Shown one piece after another: positions 27,001-35,004 of a DNA stretch of 40,027 nt; position 1 is the stretch's first letter; each line of letters opens with the position of its first letter. Made by a program: the position numbers and the translations under genes. This DNA comes from a virus. Location: the IMG/VR virus record IMGVR_UViG_3300045988_104662; one strand, written 5' to 3'. The notes beneath the pieces are model-generated. The model was given only the letters and a program-made list of their open reading frames with translations. It searched no databases and had not been told where the DNA came from.

Positions 27001-27461
27001 CGGACAAGAGCTTCACCGTCACGGAGAAAACGAAGAAGGAAGGCGGTTACACAGGCGGCATGTTCACGGACGGCACCTTCCAGCAGTTCGCCGGAGGTGG
27101 CGAGTTCGTCGGCTACGTGGATCCGGCATGGGCGCCCGGCAATGGTCTGAGCGACAGCGTGTACCTGCTCAACGCTCGTCTCGCCGCGGGCGAGTACACG
27201 CACAATGCCGCGGCCACGGCCTATTACGGCGTCGATACCATGCGCCTGCTGAACGAGCGGAAGATTCCACGCGAAGTGTTTGCCACAGCCAATCAGATGA
27301 CAGGCAATCAGGTCAGCATACAGGTTGATACCGCTTCCGTGGTGGCGGCGATAACCAGCCTGCACAACGATCTTGGCGCGATCATCAGCGCCGCGTCCGA
27401 TGATTCGACGGTCGGCGATCGTGACTTGGGGAGGTTGATCCGCAGATATGCGCGAGCTTAG
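24033..27461 (+). CDS. Tape measure protein (start TTG 24033 or TTG 24054)
   Basis: About 1140 aa. Ala/Gly-rich helical N-terminus and Lys-rich repeats. GGAGGA at 24044-49 favours TTG 24054 as the start. Confidence 0.85.
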   Translation: MTFLEDALAENKNIVIRLMADTASYEAAMTRAGSTAKTVASDMENTGRKSALITSGLTAAGLAAAAFGVASIKMAADFDQQMSTVQANTGATGAELDQLRQAAIEAGASTVYSASESADAINDLGKAGMSVTDILSGGLTGALNLAASDGMAVGDAAEYMANALSMFHLSGSQASQVADTLAAGAGKAVGNVSDFGEALNNCGAQANSFGMSIQETTGVLSLFAQNGTIGAEAGTQLNSMLMKLAAPSNDAAATMKELGISAYDASGNFVGMANFAGQLQKAEKNLTQEQRNQANATIFGSYAIKAANYLYDAGEKGVRNWTKAVSESGYAAEQAAAKNNNLKGDLENLSGSMESLMISIGEGAQGPLRKLVQGLDTLVDSFASLPAGAQQTIIVMAALGGVLGGVHKAASNLNGSTSTMANNIGLAIDPIQRMKSALASAQTAFQMFRASGMSAQEQMEAFGTSASRAELKTAGFKAVGSSVMSLLGGPWGIALTVAGVALTSFIERQQKAKEATEQLQSALESGSDVRSTIADSYQKMNFAGADMTHWMGEAKVSLTDMTSAAMGNKDATDKVNAALKEYGKQGHSQMAVAQKMRDSIKDEAKAYSEAKEQTKQKAAATKNAVDADGNASKAAKDTASANKDLGSSAKDAAEEIDGLVKSLFGLESNNLTADEAVDQLNQKIGQLSDTCKDNGRVFNENGDLLDRFSEKGTKTRQALEDIASSAQNAAEKILKQGENTNFTGGEIERANGVLQDAREALIRQAEASGMGEQAANALADRWGLSSDSIKAAIDNIKKTAEGNQPKLDVDDSKAKKKTKDSETNLDKFNKKVAKAKLEADDKKATDSAKKARKMMDDFGKKHVKGTIDATDKASKKAKTASANVNKLNGKKATAKLDAKDNASPKVDKANSKKLTNKRNTLDSTDKATPKTNAANSKRLKDKRNTLDSADKAGPKVDAVNRKKLNDKKSTASVNDQATPVLRFINNFKIADKSFTVTEKTKKEGGYTGGMFTDGTFQQFAGGGEFVGYVDPAWAPGNGLSDSVYLLNARLAAGEYTHNAAATAYYGVDTMRLLNERKIPREVFATANQMTGNQVSIQVDTASVVAAITSLHNDLGAIISAASDDSTVGDRDLGRLIRRYARA
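26630..26950 (+). repeat. In-frame ~63-bp (21-aa) tandem repeats inside the tape measure gene (approximate bounds)
   Basis: Peptide units DAKDNASPKVDKANSKKLTNKRNTL / DSTDKATPKTNAANSKRLKDKRNTL / DSADKAGPKVDAVNRKKLNDKKST, with more degenerate copies upstream. Confidence 0.6.
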
Positions 27462-28302
27462 ATACGCGTCGCATGATGGCACGGTCATCGACCTCAACAC
27501 CGATAGTCTGTGGGTGGCCGACCTGCAGGAGATGCGCGGGTACGCATGGACGTACACTTTGGCCACTCGCGGTATCAAATCGGTGAGCCGGAACGCGTCG
27601 ACGGCGAAAATGACCGTCCGCACCACGGATCCGTCAAGATTGGACGTGGTGCAGACGGCTTTCGATTCGGACGTGCAGGCGGTTACGCCAGGCACGTTGA
27701 CGGTGGATGGCGAATGGTTCCAGCGGGCGTATGTCGTCGGCTCATCGCTCGGTCTCGTGCCATGGCCGGAATACGCGCAAGTCGATTACACGATTGTCCT
27801 TTGCGATGGTGTTTGGCGTCGCGCGCTGCCGGTGCAGCATTTCTTCCCGATGACGCCAGGCACCGGTTCGCAGATTGACCTCCCCCTGGACCTGCCGACC
27901 GATTTGGCTCCGTCGAAAATCGCCTTGACGGTGAATAATCCGACCGGCGAGGCCGCCGAGTTCACTGCGGTCATTTTCGGTCCTTGCGTCAACCCGTCTT
28001 TCCAGATCGGCGGCAACACTTATGCGGTTGATGTGACGGTGCCGGAAGGCGGTCATGTGTCGCTGTCGGCCACTGGATTGCGGAAGACGATAACGTTGAC
28101 AGCTGAAAACGGCGACGTTTCGGATGTTTTCGACAAGGGCGTTCGTGGCAACGGCAGGGGAAGCGGCTCATATGTTTTCGAGCCGATACCGGCCGGAGAT
28201 TCGCTGTTGACGGTTTCCGGCAATTATGGCATCGATTTGACCATGTTTGACGTTTCGGGAGGTGTGCCTTGGCTGACGTTATCCTCGCCGACGGCAAGCT
28301 GA
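27448..28302 (+). CDS. Distal tail protein (Dit-like)
   Basis: 284 aa. Overlaps the TMP stop and holds the first position after the TMP. Confidence 0.65.
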   Translation: MRELRYASHDGTVIDLNTDSLWVADLQEMRGYAWTYTLATRGIKSVSRNASTAKMTVRTTDPSRLDVVQTAFDSDVQAVTPGTLTVDGEWFQRAYVVGSSLGLVPWPEYAQVDYTIVLCDGVWRRALPVQHFFPMTPGTGSQIDLPLDLPTDLAPSKIALTVNNPTGEAAEFTAVIFGPCVNPSFQIGGNTYAVDVTVPEGGHVSLSATGLRKTITLTAENGDVSDVFDKGVRGNGRGSGSYVFEPIPAGDSLLTVSGNYGIDLTMFDVSGGVPWLTLSSPTAS

Positions 28303-29834
28303 CGCCACGTGCGATCGTTTCGCAGGTGACGTTGGATTGGGCTTGCGGCACGGACGAAAACGACTTCGAATTGACCATCGACGATCCGGATGCGCCGGAA
28401 ATCGAACGTGGTTGGTATTTCTGGCTTGACGGCAGTGACGTGGGCGGCCGGATCATCGACCGTCGTGTGACCGTTTCCGGTGGCGTGTCCACGGCCATGT
28501 GGATCGGCCAATCGTGGACTGGCATGTTGGCGGCGAAGATATTGCAGCCGGACGCGAATCAGGATTACCTGACCGTCTCCGGCAAGCTGCCTGACATCCT
28601 TAAAAGCCTTTTGAAGCGCATCGGTTTGGATTCGGTGTTTACCGTCGATTCCTCCGATGCTTCCACTTTGTCGAATTGGATGTTCCGAAATCCACGCTAC
28701 GTGGACGCCTACACAGGATTCCGTAATCTGCTCGCATCCTGTGGCAGACGCCTCGATTTCCAAGCCAAGGATAATCGCATCCTGCTTGGCATCACGCCGG
28801 TCGGCATCATCGACAACACGATCGATTCCGACTTGGTGGACTTCAAGGCCGAAACCAACTGTCGCGCGGTGAATCATCTCATCGGCCTTGGCTCGCAGGA
28901 GCTTAAAGATCGTCTGGTGGTCAATTATTTCGCTGATGCAGCCGGTGCGGTGAGTCAGACGCAGACGCTCATTGGCGTCGATGAGGTATGCGCCACATAC
29001 GACTATTCCAACGCGGATTTGTCCACGCTGCAATCCGAGACGAAGAAACATCTGCAGGAGTTGCAGACCGGTGGTTCGGTCGAGGTGACGTTGTCCGATG
29101 AGGTCGGTGATGGTCTGCACGTGGATGACAAGATCGTCGCGACGGATCAGGCTTCCGGTGTCAATGTCACCGCCGTGGTGACGAAGCAGATTGTGAAAAT
29201 CGATTCCGGGATTTTGACTTCGACGTTCGAGGTCGGACTGCCGGTGCAGTCGGCGAATGCGAACTATTCCGGCTCTTCCTCTTCGTCTTCCGGTGGTTCG
29301 CCTGGTGGTGGCGTGTCTTTGACGGCTGGTCGTGGCCTGTCGATTTCAGGCGGCACGATAAACGCGGATGTCGATTCTGATGATTTGAATGCCGTCAGGC
29401 AGGTTGCCGAGGCGGCTAACAAGACGGCTTCCGATTACGCGGCGCAGATTGGAGCGGCGAACAAGACCGCCGAGGATGCGAAGACCGTTGCGGATGCGGC
29501 GAAGAGTGTGGCCGATGGTGCGAAGTCGGGCATGATGACCGACGGTGAACGGTCTAAGCTCGCTTCGGTCGAACGGGGCGCGAACGCTTACGCGCTGCCG
29601 AAGGCGTCCACGGACGTGTTGGGTGGCGTGAGGGTGGATGGTTCCACGATTGTGAGCGTGGACGGTGTGATAAGCGCCCATGTGAACGGTGGCTCCGGCA
29701 GTACGGGAAAGGTCGTGTTTCCAATCGGCTATGTCGTGATGAACACGACCGGTGTTGACCCTGCGGTGGATTTCGGTGGTACGTGGAGGCAGTTGCCTTC
29801 GCTTGGTTGTTCCATGTTTGAAAGGATTGGATAG
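28269..29834 (+). CDS. Tail-associated / baseplate hub protein with fibre-like C-terminus (Tal-like)
   Basis: 521 aa. TTG start with a GGGAGG RBS. Ser/Gly linker, then a coiled segment AAQIGAANKTAEDAKTVADAAKSVADGAKS. Confidence 0.6.
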   Translation: MADVILADGKLTPRAIVSQVTLDWACGTDENDFELTIDDPDAPEIERGWYFWLDGSDVGGRIIDRRVTVSGGVSTAMWIGQSWTGMLAAKILQPDANQDYLTVSGKLPDILKSLLKRIGLDSVFTVDSSDASTLSNWMFRNPRYVDAYTGFRNLLASCGRRLDFQAKDNRILLGITPVGIIDNTIDSDLVDFKAETNCRAVNHLIGLGSQELKDRLVVNYFADAAGAVSQTQTLIGVDEVCATYDYSNADLSTLQSETKKHLQELQTGGSVEVTLSDEVGDGLHVDDKIVATDQASGVNVTAVVTKQIVKIDSGILTSTFEVGLPVQSANANYSGSSSSSSGGSPGGGVSLTAGRGLSISGGTINADVDSDDLNAVRQVAEAANKTASDYAAQIGAANKTAEDAKTVADAAKSVADGAKSGMMTDGERSKLASVERGANAYALPKASTDVLGGVRVDGSTIVSVDGVISAHVNGGSGSTGKVVFPIGYVVMNTTGVDPAVDFGGTWRQLPSLGCSMFERIG

Positions 29835-30085
29835 TGAAGTCTGACGGTTACTCGAAGTACGTGTGCGACAAGTGCGGCAAGACCGCGTATGTCGCAGCTG
29901 GCGATACGGAGGCGCGTGAATGGTTCACCGTGCGCCGGTATTCCGCTGGCAAGGCGACCCGCATCGCGGATGATGTGACGCCTGACATCTACGAATTGTG
30001 CTCCCAGTGCAATGCGTCTTTCATGGCGTTCATGCAGAAGGACGACGCTTCTTTTGAAGCATGGTTGAAGGAGGCTGAACAGTGA
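29834..30085 (+). CDS. Small Zn-ribbon protein
   Basis: 83 aa with CDKC ... CSQC pairs. Confidence 0.45.
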   Translation: MKSDGYSKYVCDKCGKTAYVAAGDTEAREWFTVRRYSAGKATRIADDVTPDIYELCSQCNASFMAFMQKDDASFEAWLKEAEQ

Positions 30086-30867
30086 CCATCGAACTTGTTG
30101 ACGGCAAAGCCGGAGTCGCGCACATCTCGAGCGAGGACAAGGCGATCATCCATCAGGCCAAGTTTTCGAAGTCCGACGTGGTGTTCGACTGGGGCGACGC
30201 GTTCAAGTGTTCGATGAGTTCGCCCAACAGGGCGACGATCGGCACCGGCTGCGCGTCGATTCAAGGCTTGGACTGGCATATCACGGCGGCGGAATCCGTG
30301 ACGATCTCCAACGGGTCGCAGGGCGTGAAACGCAATGACATCATCTGCGCGCATTACCATCGAGATTCCAAGACCGGTAATGAGCTGGTGGAATTGACCG
30401 TGTTGAAGGGCACGCCGAACGCGACGACTGCCGCCGACCCGACCATTCCGTCAGGGAAGATACTGTCCGGCGCGGTTGACGCGTACATGCCGTTGTGGCG
30501 TATCCCATTGGACGGTATCACGGTCGGCACTCCGGTGCGCCTGTTCACGCCGAAGGGGGCTTTGTGGGATTCCGTAACCCAACCGTGGAAACCGCCGTAT
30601 ACGAACAACAGCCTCACGCTGTGTCGGGTCGGACGCACAGTCACGGTCAACGGCAACGTCAAGTTCACCGGCAGCGGAGTGCAGAACTACGCGATGGCGG
30701 TTGAGACCATCCCTGAAGCGTTCCGCCCACTCGCCGATCAGAGCATCATCGCGTTCCCGTCCTGCGGTTTCAGCCTGCTTGTCATGCGTGACGGGAAGGT
30801 GCAGATGCTTGGCGACCCGAAATCCGCCTACTCCACGGCGCACGGCTGCTGGATAACAGCACAGTAG
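30082..30867 (+). CDS. Receptor-binding / tail fibre protein: constant part (aa 1 to ~161) plus the currently expressed variable cassette V0
   Basis: 261 aa. Crossover site R0 lies in frame at codons W162-D-S-V-T. The C-terminal 95 aa resemble silent cassette A (IPEAFRPL...DGKVQMLGD vs LPEAYRPP...NGIIRVANM). Confidence 0.75.
   Translation: MTIELVDGKAGVAHISSEDKAIIHQAKFSKSDVVFDWGDAFKCSMSSPNRATIGTGCASIQGLDWHITAAESVTISNGSQGVKRNDIICAHYHRDSKTGNELVELTVLKGTPNATTAADPTIPSGKILSGAVDAYMPLWRIPLDGITVGTPVRLFTPKGALWDSVTQPWKPPYTNNSLTLCRVGRTVTVNGNVKFTGSGVQNYAMAVETIPEAFRPLADQSIIAFPSCGFSLLVMRDGKVQMLGDPKSAYSTAHGCWITAQ
30565..30580 (+). repeat. Shufflon site R0 (expression site): tgg gat tcc gta acc c
   Basis: Lies in frame in the RBP gene and reads W D S V T. 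It shares the 11-nt core ttccgtaaccc with R1-R3. Confidence 0.75.
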
Positions 30868-30880
30868 CTTTCCGTAACCC
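30865..30880 (+). repeat. Shufflon site R1: tag ctt tcc gta acc c
   Basis: The 16-mer is identical to R2 and to R3 on the opposite strand. Its TAG is the stop codon of the RBP gene. Confidence 0.8.
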
Positions 30881-31164
30881 TCTATAATGCCGATGGTTTC
30901 GTTGTCATCAAAGCCGGAATATTGATGCTCGTGAAGTTTAGCGGCGCGATAGGGGTCGGAAGCTGGGATGCGAAACAGTGCAAGTATGTTCTGCCGGAAG
31001 CGTATAGGCCGCCAATCGAGGTCAACAGCATGTGCTGCGTCGCGAATGGCCAGACCGCGCGAACGCTTATCGTACAGGCCAACGGTATCATCCGGGTAGC
31101 CAACATGGGATCGACTGGTAGCAGCCAAGGTTGCGTCGGAACTGTCGTATACCCAATCTGCTAG
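30881..31164 (+). other. Silent C-terminal cassette A
   Basis: Open from R1 to the TAG of R2, in the same frame as the RBP gene. No convincing RBS or start of its own. Confidence 0.7.
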
Positions 31165-31177
31165 CTTTCCGTAACCC
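31162..31177 (+). repeat. Shufflon site R2: tag ctt tcc gta acc c
   Basis: Identical 16-mer. Its TAG terminates cassette A. Confidence 0.8.
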
Positions 31178-31500
31178 TCACCAAGACGAACACTAACTGG
31201 AATGTGGATTACCGTACCGCGCTGGTCGGCAAGATGCTGATAGTCGCATTCCACGCCACACGCCTCAACTCCGACTGGAATGCTGCGAAGGAGTGGGAGA
31301 TATCCCAGCTTTTCACGCTACCAACCGGCTTGGAGGCGGCTTTCGAGGTGCATTGCGCCGCCGTGTCCAATTCCAGCGTCGGGCTGCATGGCGTCGAAGT
31401 GCAGACCGCGGGCAACGCCATCGCCCTCCGCTCGTCGGAGAAGATGACGATCGGCAAGGGCGGATGGGTCGAGGGATGCATCACGGTGCCGCTCGCCTAG
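31178..31500 (+). other. Silent C-terminal cassette B
   Basis: Open from R2 to the TAG at 31498-31500, in the same frame. No RBS. Confidence 0.7.
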
Positions 31501-31843
31501 GCGAATGTCACGCCATCTGGCACGGGGATAATCTTCGAGAAGCATTGGATGACATCGTTTGGCCCTACACCGCCGATGAGGACCACCGACCCGTCCGTGT
31601 TCCAAGTCGCCTGTTTTCCGTACGCGATGCCGGCCACATTCGCGACGCACCCCAAACTGACCGCTTTGGAGGGTTTCACACCCGATTTGAACGTCCAGAC
31701 GGTGAAGTTGCCGGTGTTCACGGCGCTTCGGAACGATGACAGGTCAACGAAGATCAGACCATCCCTGACCTTGATGGTGTTCGAAGCGCTGTAAGGCGCC
31801 GGAACGAACGAGCCGGTGGACTGCCATTGTAATTGGCACGTCT
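31497..31843 (-). other. Silent C-terminal cassette C (inverted)
   Basis: On the minus strand it is open from R3 (LSVT QTCQLQWQSTGSF...) to a TAG. It converges with cassette B at the palindrome cctagg. Confidence 0.7.
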
Positions 31844-31859
31844 GGGTTACGGAAAGCTA
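31844..31859 (-). repeat. Shufflon site R3 (inverted), abutting the recombinase stop codon
   Basis: gggttacggaaagcta is the reverse complement of tagctttccgtaaccc. It lies 1 nt from the TGA of the recombinase gene. Confidence 0.8.
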
Positions 31860-31860
31860 T

Positions 31861-32733
31861 TCAGCAGGTCAACACCAGTCGTTGCCATGCTCGCTGCATG
31901 TCCTTGAGGACGCTCAGATCAGGCTTCAAATAATACCTTGCGGTGGTCTGGATGTCGGAATGGCCGAGCTGTCGTGCGACCACGCTGATGTCGGTGCCCG
32001 CCTTGATTGCCAGCGTGCCGAACGTGTGACGCAGATTGCGTGGCGGGACAGAGGGTAGTTTCATTCGCTGGCACCATGACTTGTAACGGTTAGCGACTTG
32101 GTTCGCGTTCAGATTGCCGACCAGTCTGCCGGTCTTCGTGCCGTGCCGTAGTTCCGCCAACCGTTTGACGGCAAATCGCGGCAACGCCACGGTTCGACGG
32201 CTCAAATCGGTCTTCGGCTCGGTGACCGTCTCATGTCCTGCGACCCACTGCACGGAACGTTTGACTGTTACCGTGCCACGCCGCAGGTCAAGGTCAGACC
32301 ATTCGATGCCGACCGACTCGCAACGGCGCAAACCGGCGCATACCGACACCAACAGCCATGCTTCGAGCGGATGCCCGTAGAAGCCTTTCAACAGCTTGCG
32401 CACCTCCTGCGCCGACAACACTCGCGGCTCATAGTGACGTAGGCGGGGGAGTCTGATTTCCCTTCTGGTCACATCATTGTCCGTCATGCCGCGCCGGAAC
32501 GCGAGCCTGAGAATCGCACGGAACACGGCCCATGCTTTTCGCGCCGCTCCCGGCTTGTCGAAGGAGTCCAACCATGATTCGATGTCCGCCACCGTGATCG
32601 AGTCCAGGTCTTTTCCGCTCCATTGTGGGAGGATATGACGGTTCAGGGCGCTTTCATATCCCACTAGAGTGCATTCGCGGAGTTTCGCGCATGAGGGTTT
32701 CCAAACAGTGGATGCGAATGTGCCGAAAAGCAT
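31861..32733 (-). CDS. Shufflon-type tyrosine recombinase (Rci/Rin-like)
   Basis: ATG at 32733 with GGGAAGGA 5 nt upstream. 290 aa. Motifs AGLRRCE, NLRHTFGT, LGHSDIQTTARYY. It sits inside the tail-fibre region and is distinct from int. Confidence 0.85.
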   Translation of the reverse strand: MLFGTFASTVWKPSCAKLRECTLVGYESALNRHILPQWSGKDLDSITVADIESWLDSFDKPGAARKAWAVFRAILRLAFRRGMTDNDVTRREIRLPRLRHYEPRVLSAQEVRKLLKGFYGHPLEAWLLVSVCAGLRRCESVGIEWSDLDLRRGTVTVKRSVQWVAGHETVTEPKTDLSRRTVALPRFAVKRLAELRHGTKTGRLVGNLNANQVANRYKSWCQRMKLPSVPPRNLRHTFGTLAIKAGTDISVVARQLGHSDIQTTARYYLKPDLSVLKDMQRAWQRLVLTC

Positions 32734-32847
32734 TGGTTCCTTCCCGATTATTGTTGAATAATCCCACACATTGTCGTGTTGCCGTTGGCCTGACATGCGT
32801 GTGGGTTTCTTATTGTTTCACATCCATGATTCTCCGTTCATGTTTTT

Positions 32848-32877
32848 AAACCCGTCGATTTCGACGGGTTTTGTTTT
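32848..32877. terminator. Hairpin plus T-run between the recombinase and the next tail gene
   Basis: aaacccgtcga-tt-tcgacgggttt is followed by tgttttt on the + strand. Confidence 0.55.
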
Positions 32878-32902
32878 TAACGCTTCTTTTAAGGAGGATG
32901 TT

Positions 32903-33301
32903 TTGACTCAGATCAAATTCGATTTCGGCCATCCGAGTGCGGATGGCATCGCCGACTTGGCCGGTGAGACGGTTCACGTGATTCCGACGAGCCGTTTCAA
33001 CAGCGGTAAGCGCATCGTGGTGCGTGACTCGTTCGAGGTGAGACTGGACGAGTATGGCACCGCGACCGTCACCGTTCCGCCGACCGATAACACGTTCGCC
33101 TACGAGGTGACCATCGGCGATAGCGCCGATTCATGGCGGTTCATTCGCGTCGTGCAGGTGCCGGATTCGACTTCGGTGTTGAATTTCTCCGATCTGGTTG
33201 AAGTTGATTCTACCACGCTCACGCCGGTGGGTACCGGCAATCCGTTGGCTGACATCGACCAGTCCGACATCGACTGGGCGTTGGCCGCCATCCGCAACTG
33301 A
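32903..33301 (+). CDS. Minor tail / fibre-associated hypothetical protein
   Basis: TTG start with AAGGAGGA 4-5 nt upstream. 132 aa. Lies directly upstream of the DGR target gene. Confidence 0.55.
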   Translation: MTQIKFDFGHPSADGIADLAGETVHVIPTSRFNSGKRIVVRDSFEVRLDEYGTATVTVPPTDNTFAYEVTIGDSADSWRFIRVVQVPDSTSVLNFSDLVEVDSTTLTPVGTGNPLADIDQSDIDWALAAIRN

Positions 33302-33314
33302 GAAAGGACAGAAA

Positions 33315-34898
33315 ATGGCAAATCCGGACAAGTTCATCCGCCTGCGCGATTTCGCGAAGATCATGCGCGCCCTGCGCGAGACCGACGTGGACGGCACGAC
33401 CTTCCATTACGACGAATCGAAGCACGAATACGCGAATGTCAAGGAGTTCTACAGTCAGCACCGCTCCGGCCGAATCTACGGCGTGCAGTTCCCTCGCTAC
33501 TCCTTCTCCCATGTGCCCACAGGCGCGAAGACCCACGACAACGCAAACCTGTCCGTGACGGTATCCACCGCCGCGAACGCCGGACGCGACGACTACGCCT
33601 ACCTCAACGCCTTCCAATGGCGCGATGTGAACGCCACCGTGGACGACTCCGGCGTGCCGCACATCACCGCCATCGAAGGGGACAGCCGATTCCGCCGCGA
33701 CGGATCCAACGGAGACGTGTTCGTCATGGTCGCGCCCGGATATTTCCGCATCGACGGAGACGACAACCACATCGAACTGCTTTACAGCGACGAGCAGTAC
33801 GACGGCTTCGAACCGATGCCGGGACTGCTCCTGCCGGACGGCACCGAACGCCCATGCCTGCTGTTCGCGAAATACGCGGCATCCCTGTCCGGCGGCATAC
33901 CGCGCTCCTGGAGCAGCCAGAAGATCGACCCCGGCTTCGGCTGCCAGAACGACCAGATCGACCTCGCCCTGAAAAAGGGCAAGGGGTACGCCGGCCAATG
34001 CCAGCCGGACGTCTTCTACTTCCAGCTGATGCTCATGCTGAAATTCGCCACCAAGGACATGGAGGCGGCGCTCGGCGGCTGCTTCGAAAACTACATGGCT
34101 CAGGGGCCGGTCACCAAGGCCGAATCCAACGCCAAACGCGTCATCATCGCCAAGGACACCGCCGACAACATCCTCGTCGGATCCACCATCAACATCGGCA
34201 CCGACAAGGAACGCAACAACAGCGGCAACCACTCCATGGCCGAGGCCCGCACCGTCCTGTCCAAGACCACCATCGACGCGACGAACGTGGCCCTCAACAT
34301 CGACGGCGCCGCCATCACCACCACGACCACCGCGTTCGTCAGCACCATGCCGTGGAAGACCGGCGCCACCGACTCCATCCGCGGCAGGGGAGACGGACGC
34401 CCGCAGGCCGACCACGCCGGATGGCAGCCGGTGCGTCTGCAGGGCATCGAACGCGGCAACGGCATCTACGAGGTCGACGCGGACGCCATCGTCAACGCCT
34501 ACAAGGACGCCGACGGCATCGGCCACACCGCCCTCTACCTCGTGCACGACATCACCAAGGCATCCAAGACCAGCACCGACAACTACACTCTCGTAGGCGA
34601 GTTTCCGACCCGCGACAAGACCAACGACTCGAGCTCGCGCTTCGCCGAGGACTTCAACGTCGTCGACGGGCGCGTGTTCCTGCCGACCGGCATCGGCGCC
34701 ACCTCCAGCACCGGCCTCACCGACGCCGTCTATGCCAATCCGGTCCAGGCACAGGGGCTCCGACAGGTGCTCCGGTTCGGCGTTCTCGGTGTTGGCTCGT
34801 TCTGCGGCGCGTTCCGCGCGTACCTGGGCAGGGACCTGTCGAGCCGCGGGTGGGACATCGGCGGCCGCCTATCCGCGCTCGGCCGCTCGAAGGCATGA
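33315..34898 (+). CDS. DGR target protein (distal tail / receptor-binding candidate) with C-terminal variable region
   Basis: ATG at 33315 with a GAAAGGA RBS. 527 aa. VR occupies the last ~40 codons: ...VLRFGVLGVGSFCGAFRAYLGRDLSSRGWDIGGRL, a C-type-lectin-like DGR VR pattern. Confidence 0.85.
   Translation: MANPDKFIRLRDFAKIMRALRETDVDGTTFHYDESKHEYANVKEFYSQHRSGRIYGVQFPRYSFSHVPTGAKTHDNANLSVTVSTAANAGRDDYAYLNAFQWRDVNATVDDSGVPHITAIEGDSRFRRDGSNGDVFVMVAPGYFRIDGDDNHIELLYSDEQYDGFEPMPGLLLPDGTERPCLLFAKYAASLSGGIPRSWSSQKIDPGFGCQNDQIDLALKKGKGYAGQCQPDVFYFQLMLMLKFATKDMEAALGGCFENYMAQGPVTKAESNAKRVIIAKDTADNILVGSTINIGTDKERNNSGNHSMAEARTVLSKTTIDATNVALNIDGAAITTTTTAFVSTMPWKTGATDSIRGRGDGRPQADHAGWQPVRLQGIERGNGIYEVDADAIVNAYKDADGIGHTALYLVHDITKASKTSTDNYTLVGEFPTRDKTNDSSSRFAEDFNVVDGRVFLPTGIGATSSTGLTDAVYANPVQAQGLRQVLRFGVLGVGSFCGAFRAYLGRDLSSRGWDIGGRLSALGRSKA
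34767..34868 (+). repeat. DGR variable repeat (VR)
   Basis: Aligns without gaps over 102 bp to 35005..35106. There are 15 mismatches, all opposite a TR adenine, and 0 mismatches at C, G or T. Confidence 0.9.
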
Positions 34899-34926
34899 GC
34901 CAAGAGCGGTGAGGGGTGAGCGCAGC

Positions 34927-34946
34927 GAGGGGGCGCAAGCCCCCTC
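34927..34946 (+). promoter_or_regulatory. GC hairpin downstream of VR (candidate DGR target-recognition stem-loop)
   Basis: gagggggc-gcaa-gccccctc: an 8-bp stem and 4-nt loop, about 60 nt after the end of VR/TR homology. No T-run follows it. Confidence 0.55.
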
Positions 34947-35004
34947 ATCGTCCCGCTGAAAAACATGTGGGACTCGGAGTGGCGCGCCTACCGTCCTTCG
35001 CGTC

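Larger units (their letters stand above)
30565..31859. other. Multi-inversion shufflon (4 crossover sites, 4 alternative 3' cassettes)
   Basis: The core ttccgtaaccc occurs at 30570, 30870 and 31167 on the + strand and at 31844-31854 on the - strand. All cassettes are open in the frame set by the core. Confidence 0.8.

Noticed and set aside
30865-31500. In-frame TAG codons joining the RBP gene to cassettes A and B looked like amber read-through or stop-codon recoding, possibly linked to the tRNA-like elements
   Set aside because: TAG is used as an ordinary stop elsewhere, with the next gene's RBS and start following immediately (int, rusA, 7000..7353, major capsid, chaperone G). The in-gene site R0 (TGG GAT + core) gives a recombination-based explanation. 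No CUA anticodon loop could be folded in either tRNA-like element.
30922-31721. ORF-track entries 30922..31164 (+), 31204..31500 (+) and 31497..31721 (-) read as independent small genes
   Set aside because: They have no credible RBS. They are open upstream right back to the crossover cores and share the frame of the RBP gene. They are better explained as silent 3' cassettes.
31816-32058. A + strand ORF reading out of site R3 into the recombinase gene, considered as a possible fifth cassette
   Set aside because: It runs antisense to the recombinase, in the wrong orientation relative to the core: the core reads into cassette C on the minus strand. Its translation looks non-protein-like.
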